Positions 58,334-64,000 of a stretch of DNA of 64,000 bases are shown in pieces. Position numbers and translations under genes: made by a program. The DNA is from Candidatus Bilamarchaeaceae archaeon (GTDB lineage Archaea; Micrarchaeota; Micrarchaeia; Anstonellales; Bilamarchaeaceae): contig JAVZJR010000001.1 of NCBI GenBank assembly GCA_038870635.1, positions 10,698-74,697 of the forward strand. Reading direction: 5' to 3'. The notes below the pieces were generated by a model. It ran no database searches. It was not told the DNA's origin and worked only from the letters and a program-made list of their open reading frames with translations. The stretch's first letter is position 1; each line of letters opens with the position of its first letter.

Positions 58334-58870
58334 TTACCATATTAAGCCACATTTTATATAATATACAGAATAACCCTTTTTTTGGATGACATCATAAACT
58401 TCGCAACATTCTAAATTTTTTCTTTTATTATACGAGTCATAAAAACCCATAGAAAAATTTCTTTTTTTAGAGATTAAGCCATTTGTAGAATTTTCGCCGG
58501 CCATAATGACTGCTGCGCGCACGAATGGTAATTCCTTCCCGTCCTTGCTCTCGGCAATAAAAAATGTTGCGCCTCGCGCATTGATTGGAAATTCGTTATC
58601 AATTAAAATTACGTTATCTTGCAGTGTCATATTTTTTTCAGCATGTACTGCTGTTACCTTTTCAAACTGTGAACTAGGTGCCCAATCATACCTATAAAAG
58701 TTATAATTGTTAATAAGACTTTTTCCATAAAAAGAGCTTTTTAGCTTTGCGAAAGAGTTATCTAAAACATCCTTAATAATATCGCTATGAAGTGTGTTCA
58801 AACTGGAAGCAAATAATATGCCGAAAAACAAAAGGATGATTAAAAAAACCTCGTTAATTTCAAACTTCAT
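58334..58870 (-). CDS. Hypothetical exported protein
   Basis: N-terminal hydrophobic segment; follows priS. Confidence 0.55.
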   Translation of the reverse strand: MKFEINEVFLIILLFFGILFASSLNTLHSDIIKDVLDNSFAKLKSSFYGKSLINNYNFYRYDWAPSSQFEKVTAVHAEKNMTLQDNVILIDNEFPINARGATFFIAESKDGKELPFVRAAVIMAGENSTNGLISKKRNFSMGFYDSYNKRKNLECCEVYDVIQKKGYSVYYIKCGLIW

Positions 58871-58879
58871 AAAAACACC

Positions 58880-59983
58880 TCATAATTTTTTGGCGCTGTT
58901 TTTTAATATGAAAAACAATGCTACGCCAAGTGGTAATTCAACTTTATCACCAGGAGAAAACTTTCCAAATGTCTGGTTAAGCATTTCTAATTGTGGTGTT
59001 TCCTCTAAAAACTCAACACTTACCTCTGGTCCGTTTATAACCGCATGTCGGAGTGGTTCAAAAGTATATATGTCAGCTACAATCTTTGCAACAAAACCAG
59101 TTTCACCATGAATTGAATTTGGCACGCGGATTAATTTGCTCATATCATATGTAACCGCAGGGTCAGCGTTTATTGACATAACTGCAAGCTCCTGTTTTAA
59201 ACCATCTAATCTTTTCAAAAGGTCGTCTAGTTTCAAAGATGTCCTGCTCCAATTTCCTTCAATAATTCCTGAGATAAAAAAATTTCTCTTTTCTTCATTG
59301 AGAAATATCTTTGAAATAGAAGCAGGGTTATCTTTTAATTTTTTTATTACTAACTTTGCAAGCCTGCCACGATAGCCGCCATCTGTAGGCTTAGGCCCAA
59401 GAAGTTTTTTCATTTCTTTTTTACCGCGCAACTCTTCCCAAAAAAATAAATCTCTAATTCGCAAACCTTCAGCCCTGATGTAATTTGTTATTTCTTTTCT
59501 CTCATCCCCGCCAAGGCAAAGATAATCATCACTCCTTACATGAACATGATATCCTCTATTACCGGAAAAAGCGATAAGTATTTCTTCTTTTTTTAAACCA
59601 AAATCTGCTATTAAAAAATCTTCAACCAATCGAATAACATCTTCCCGCATATCTAAAAGTTTTGGGTAAACATCGTATTTTCCATCGGCGTGCATATCAA
59701 GGTCAAATATTAAATCAGCACCTATTCTGCCTTTTTTCTCTATGGGCGTTGCTGATGGAAATTGATAATACGCAGCAGAGTGAGAAACAAAATAAGGTGG
59801 ATTGCTGATTAAAAAATTTCTAAATTGCTCAGTAGTAGAAAAAGATAGATGTCTTGTATCTATTTTTTTATAGTTTCCAATACCAAACTCTCTTTGATCG
59901 ATTCTTTTTATATCAAAATGCGCATTTTGGTAATAACGTGAAAAAACATTTCTGACAAAAACATCATTTTTATTTACTTCCAT
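58880..59983 (-). CDS. priS: DNA primase small (catalytic) subunit
   Basis: REFG, DLIFDLD, FSGNRGYHVH, D..VT.D..LIRVPNSIHG. Confidence 0.95.
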   Translation of the reverse strand: MEVNKNDVFVRNVFSRYYQNAHFDIKRIDQREFGIGNYKKIDTRHLSFSTTEQFRNFLISNPPYFVSHSAAYYQFPSATPIEKKGRIGADLIFDLDMHADGKYDVYPKLLDMREDVIRLVEDFLIADFGLKKEEILIAFSGNRGYHVHVRSDDYLCLGGDERKEITNYIRAEGLRIRDLFFWEELRGKKEMKKLLGPKPTDGGYRGRLAKLVIKKLKDNPASISKIFLNEEKRNFFISGIIEGNWSRTSLKLDDLLKRLDGLKQELAVMSINADPAVTYDMSKLIRVPNSIHGETGFVAKIVADIYTFEPLRHAVINGPEVSVEFLEETPQLEMLNQTFGKFSPGDKVELPLGVALFFILKNSAKKL

Positions 59984-60884
59984 TTTTCTTACCTCTCCAT
60001 TGTATAGGGGTGGTTATACCACATGCGGCCCTACAAAGGCCAAAGGAAGTAACAGAAGCACAATTAGGCACTTTATACCCTTTCTTTCTTGCGTGTTCCA
60101 CTTGGTATCTTGTTATTTTTTCAGAAAAATCTGGCGAATTTGAAAAAAGCGAGACGATTTCTTCATCACTGAGACCAATGTTTATTAGATAAACAGCGAG
60201 AAACCACCGTGCCTGGTGCGAGAGATTATGGTGTTTCTTTAGTTCTTCTATTAAATAGGAAATGCATGGTGGATAATCCCCTTTAACTGCAACTGGCAAC
60301 CGTTTATCTTCTTGTCTGGGCATTCTTTTTTCTATCTCCTCAACTGCCCGCGATATAAAAGGTGCGGGATTCTTAAGGAATGGTACAACTTCTAAATGCT
60401 TTCTTATCGCTTCCTCTATAATCCTTTTCTCTTCTTCAGAATTTATCACCACCCATCCGCCGTTCAATTGACGATTTACCAAGGCATAATGAGAATCGCG
60501 AGGGGTGTACTTTAAATAATCTGGAAGAAAAATTTTTCCATCTTTAACACGTATGTTAAACTCCTCTAAAAGTTTCTTTATACCTTCCCTGCTCTCATTG
60601 TTTATGTTTTTTCTGGCAAGCTTAGAGTAAGCTACTGCAAACCTACTCACAACATACCTATTCCTCATCGCGCCGAGTATCATTCTTGCAGTAGCATAAA
60701 CAACAATGCTTTCTTTTTTTTCAATATCGTCAATATATATTTTTTCTACAATTTTGCCAGAAAGCGCTGAGAGAATGAGCTCTACTGCTTTATCTACAAG
60801 TGATTCGCTAACCTCTATGTTGGAAACTATGTCTTTTGCTTCTTTTGTAAAAGGATACTTTACTATAAAATCTAAATCAACCAT
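59970..60884 (-). CDS. priL: DNA primase large subunit
   Basis: KYPF, PPCI, L.H.AR..L, PDF....T.YQVEH, Y.VPNC......LC. Confidence 0.93.
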   Translation of the reverse strand: MVDLDFIVKYPFTKEAKDIVSNIEVSESLVDKAVELILSALSGKIVEKIYIDDIEKKESIVVYATARMILGAMRNRYVVSRFAVAYSKLARKNINNESREGIKKLLEEFNIRVKDGKIFLPDYLKYTPRDSHYALVNRQLNGGWVVINSEEEKRIIEEAIRKHLEVVPFLKNPAPFISRAVEEIEKRMPRQEDKRLPVAVKGDYPPCISYLIEELKKHHNLSHQARWFLAVYLINIGLSDEEIVSLFSNSPDFSEKITRYQVEHARKKGYKVPNCASVTSFGLCRAACGITTPIQWRGKKNGSK

Positions 60885-60888
60885 GTTA

Positions 60889-62205
60889 TCATTCTTTTTT
60901 ATAATTTCTAATGAGCCAACTCAAAATAAAAGGTGTTACGAAAGTTGTTAAAAGAGCCATTGCAGATATAACAGAGTATTCTTGGATATTAAGAACTTTT
61001 TTTGTTAGACCCAGACCAGCTATAATTAGTGCCACTTCTCCACGGGGAGCCATTCCAAGACCAACTAAAAAGGATTGATAAGGATTTAGTTTTCCTGCGA
61101 GCGCTCCAACACCGCATCCAATGGTTTTGGTTAAAATCGCGATAACTGTTATAATCGCAATAGGTACAACAAAAGAAATAAGTGCATCAACATCTACGAG
61201 CATTCCCATAGTTATGAAAAAGATTGGCATAAAAAGAAGCTCTAAACTATAAGTATTATTTTCTATGTAATCGATATGCCTACTGCGATTTAAAACAACA
61301 CCAGCTAAAAATGCACCAACGATGGCTGAAAGTTTTATGAATTCTGCAACGTATGCGCACATAAGCATAAACGCAAAAACAAGAAGCAATCTTCTCGCGC
61401 TCATCTCTTTTCTGTCTAAGTATCTGACAAAATAATCACCGGCCATCACCGTACCAAAAAGAAAAACAGAAGTAGAGATTAAAGTCATAACAATTGGGAG
61501 CATTGCCTCGCTAAAAGTTGCTGCGCTACTGGCGTTTATAACGAATGAAAGCACTAAAAGACCAAGAACATCATCCAAAACAGCCGCACCTATTATCACT
61601 TGTGCGAATCTCTCTTGCATGAGATTCATTTCTTTTAGAAGAGCAACAGTAACACCGACACTTGTTGCAGTAAGAGCAGCACCTAAAAACATAGAATACG
61701 CGAAATTTCCTCCTTCATAAACGGCATATAAATAACCGCCAATAAAAGGTATAATAACTCCTGCAAGCGCAACCAAAAGATTGTCCGTTCGGAATATTCC
61801 TTCAAACTTATTGTGCAAACCAACTTTAAAAAGCAAAACAATAGCGCCCAATTGAGCAAAGGTATGCAAAACTTCTTCAGAACGAAGAAGATGGGGCGGC
61901 TCTCTCGGCAAATTAAAAGGAAGGTGTAAATCATCTAAATAATGAAAGCATATTTCTAAAAAGCTCGGACTTATTAAAACTCCCAATAACATAAGTATCA
62001 TAACTGATGGCTGTTTGAGATAGATGACTGCAAGTTCACCTATAACCGCAAGCAAAAGTAGAAAAACTATTTCAAAGTATATATGCTGCTCTAAAGGCAC
62101 GTTGCCAAAAATGCTGGGGCCGATAACTGCAATAACTAATATTATAAAAAGTAAAGGAAGCACGAGCCATTTAGATATGTCTTCGCTTATTGTTATTTTG
62201 ACCAT
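60889..62205 (-). CDS. Cation:proton antiporter (CPA2/NapA-like)
   Basis: LTATSVG, AAVLDDV, GAFLAG, PRGEVAL. Confidence 0.92.
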   Translation of the reverse strand: MVKITISEDISKWLVLPLLFIILVIAVIGPSIFGNVPLEQHIYFEIVFLLLLAVIGELAVIYLKQPSVMILMLLGVLISPSFLEICFHYLDDLHLPFNLPREPPHLLRSEEVLHTFAQLGAIVLLFKVGLHNKFEGIFRTDNLLVALAGVIIPFIGGYLYAVYEGGNFAYSMFLGAALTATSVGVTVALLKEMNLMQERFAQVIIGAAVLDDVLGLLVLSFVINASSAATFSEAMLPIVMTLISTSVFLFGTVMAGDYFVRYLDRKEMSARRLLLVFAFMLMCAYVAEFIKLSAIVGAFLAGVVLNRSRHIDYIENNTYSLELLFMPIFFITMGMLVDVDALISFVVPIAIITVIAILTKTIGCGVGALAGKLNPYQSFLVGLGMAPRGEVALIIAGLGLTKKVLNIQEYSVISAMALLTTFVTPFILSWLIRNYKKE

Positions 62206-62702
62206 ATTTCCACCATGTTCTTCTGTATTTTGGTAAATAAAATATAACCAATATCAAAAAATAATATAGCTAAGAAATATTCCCATTTTTGAAAGAGTAA
62301 AGCAGTTATAAAAGCTCCTATTGGAAGAAGCAAACGGTAGTTTTCAAAATTTCTAAAACGCCATCCTGCTGTTTGCTCATCTAAAACAGCAAGAACAAAA
62401 AAGAAAAATAAAAATGAGAGTGATTGAGGGGGAAGCCCAAAATAAAAAAGAGAGACAACCACCATGAAAAAGCCAAGCATATGAGAAAGAGTATCAACTT
62501 TTCTAGAAAAAAGCTGTGCTAAAAGAGTTCCCAAAAATAACTCGCTAAATGAGGTAAGACTCGTAAGATAACCAATCAATATACCATAAAAAATGGCTAT
62601 TAAATATTTTATTTTATCCCTCCCGCCTTTATCGTCGTCTATCCAATCAACCCACTTCACCAAAAAACCAGAAACAAAAGACAACAAATAAGCAAAAATC
62701 AT
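62193..62702 (-). CDS. Hypothetical membrane protein
   Basis: Multi-TM; K.VD..DD, KVD..SH, DE, FDIGY. Confidence 0.65.
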   Translation of the reverse strand: MIFAYLLSFVSGFLVKWVDWIDDDKGGRDKIKYLIAIFYGILIGYLTSLTSFSELFLGTLLAQLFSRKVDTLSHMLGFFMVVVSLFYFGLPPQSLSFLFFFFVLAVLDEQTAGWRFRNFENYRLLLPIGAFITALLFQKWEYFLAILFFDIGYILFTKIQKNMVEIWSK

Positions 62703-62706
62703 GATA

Positions 62707-63594
62707 TCATCTCTTTAACAGATAATATGCAAGTGGAAATGTTATTGAAACATCACCATAAACAGTGACATGGTTTGCTTTCTCTCTTATCTTTCCCCAT
62801 GAAACTGCTTCATTTGTTTGAGCACCAGAAAGCGATCCGTCCCAAGGTGTGGATGTAGTGAAATAAACAGCATAATTAAAACCGTCGCGCAATATGTTTA
62901 CACCAATGGCGTGATGCTTTGATATCCCTCCACCTAAGATTATGCCACCTGTTTTTTCTGCTTCTAGCGTAATTGAAGCGAGCTTTTGCATATCACCGGT
63001 AACATCTATTCCAAAATCCTTATGTCTCTGCTTAAAAAAATATGCCTGAAGACCTAAAGCAGAATCAGTTATGCCTGGGGAAAAAACAGGAATTTTATTT
63101 TTTGCACACCAGTACAAAAAAGAGTTTTTATCCCTTATTTTTTTGCCAGCCGCCTCGGCAATTTCAGATGGGCTCACTATTCTTTTCTTTTGGTAAAGTT
63201 CGCTAAAAAGCGCGGTGATTCTTTTTTCCAGTAATACATATCGATCGTTTGGGACAAAGATATTGCCAATCCTATTAACGCCTTTTTTATGCAACGTACT
63301 ATCATCAGCAGAGAAATCGCCAATAAGATAGGGTTTCTCTGCCCGTATTATATCATGATCGATGCTTCCACCTGTGGTTATAATTATATCAACAAATTTT
63401 CTTTTACACATATCTGCTATTATCCCACGTAAACCACTGGCAACCATATTTGCAGTAAATGTTAAGTATACTGTAACATTTTCTTCTTTCATCTTATTAA
63501 TTACATCTATTGCATAACCAAGCTCAGTAGCCTGAAAACCAATTCCTTTTAAATTAGCAAATGGTTTTGTAGGATCGATATCTATAACTTTCAT
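62707..63594 (-). CDS. dys: Deoxyhypusine synthase
   Basis: GFQA..LG, TAN..ASGLR, NRIGNI, LGGGISKH, DGSLSGA...EAVSWGK. Confidence 0.96.
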   Translation of the reverse strand: MKVIDIDPTKPFANLKGIGFQATELGYAIDVINKMKEENVTVYLTFTANMVASGLRGIIADMCKRKFVDIIITTGGSIDHDIIRAEKPYLIGDFSADDSTLHKKGVNRIGNIFVPNDRYVLLEKRITALFSELYQKKRIVSPSEIAEAAGKKIRDKNSFLYWCAKNKIPVFSPGITDSALGLQAYFFKQRHKDFGIDVTGDMQKLASITLEAEKTGGIILGGGISKHHAIGVNILRDGFNYAVYFTTSTPWDGSLSGAQTNEAVSWGKIREKANHVTVYGDVSITFPLAYYLLKR

Positions 63595-63648
63595 AAATTG
63601 ATATTGAAGTAGTTATTAAAAAAGATGATTGTTTATACAAAAACAGTG

Positions 63649-64000
63649 ATGGGTATGAAAATAATAGGTGTGTTTGGTCGTGAGATATTAGATTCGCGAG
63701 GGAACCCAACAGTAGAAGTAGATGTTATTGCACAGGGTGGAGTTGGCAGTGCAGCTGCACCAAGCGGCGCATCAACTGGAAAACACGAAGCAGTAGAGCT
63801 TCGCGATGGCGGGAAACGATACGGTGGCAAAGGTGTATTAAAAGCAGTTGAAAATGTCAATACTATAATTGGACCTGCTTTAGAAGGGATGGATGTCACA
63901 AAACAGGAAGAAATTGATCTCAAGATGAGGGAGTTGGACGGTACAAAAGATAAAAGTAGATTGGGGGCTAATGCAATAGTTGCGACTTCAATGGCTGTTT
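63649..64000 (+). CDS. eno: Enolase, N-terminal part; runs off the window end
   Basis: Manual translation: [24 protein letters not shown]...[18 protein letters not shown]...LGANAI. Confidence 0.96.
   Translation, partial: MGMKIIGVFGREILDSRGNPTVEVDVIAQGGVGSAAAPSGASTGKHEAVELRDGGKRYGGKGVLKAVENVNTIIGPALEGMDVTKQEEIDLKMRELDGTKDKSRLGANAIVATSMAV

Overview
Gene-dense, AT-rich archaeal chromosome segment with no rRNA, CRISPR array, transposase or provirus. The gene set points to a DPANN archaeon, most likely Micrarchaeota: archaeal EF-2/EF-1A, uS7/uS12, Rpo11, topoisomerase VI, Orc1/Cdc6, PriS/PriL, Pop5, deoxyhypusine synthase, geranylgeranyl reductase, a ~390-aa three-unit-type tRNA splicing endonuclease, Cys-rich surface proteins and many class III signal-peptide proteins. 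It also holds initiator tRNA-Met, a bacterial-type MetK, a CBS-HPF fusion, a TPR-AAA+ ATPase, a pilin-like operon interleaved with sepF/scpA, and a PIN/HTH gene pair. The most unexpected signal is a family of GC-rich, hairpin-forming intergenic elements (7717-7899 and 10314-10385) that share a GGUGGGAGG motif on the minus strand. The second copy has a cUUCGg tetraloop, a TATA-like box and a U-tract, suggesting an undescribed small-RNA family. All calls come from motif recognition by eye; no searches were run.
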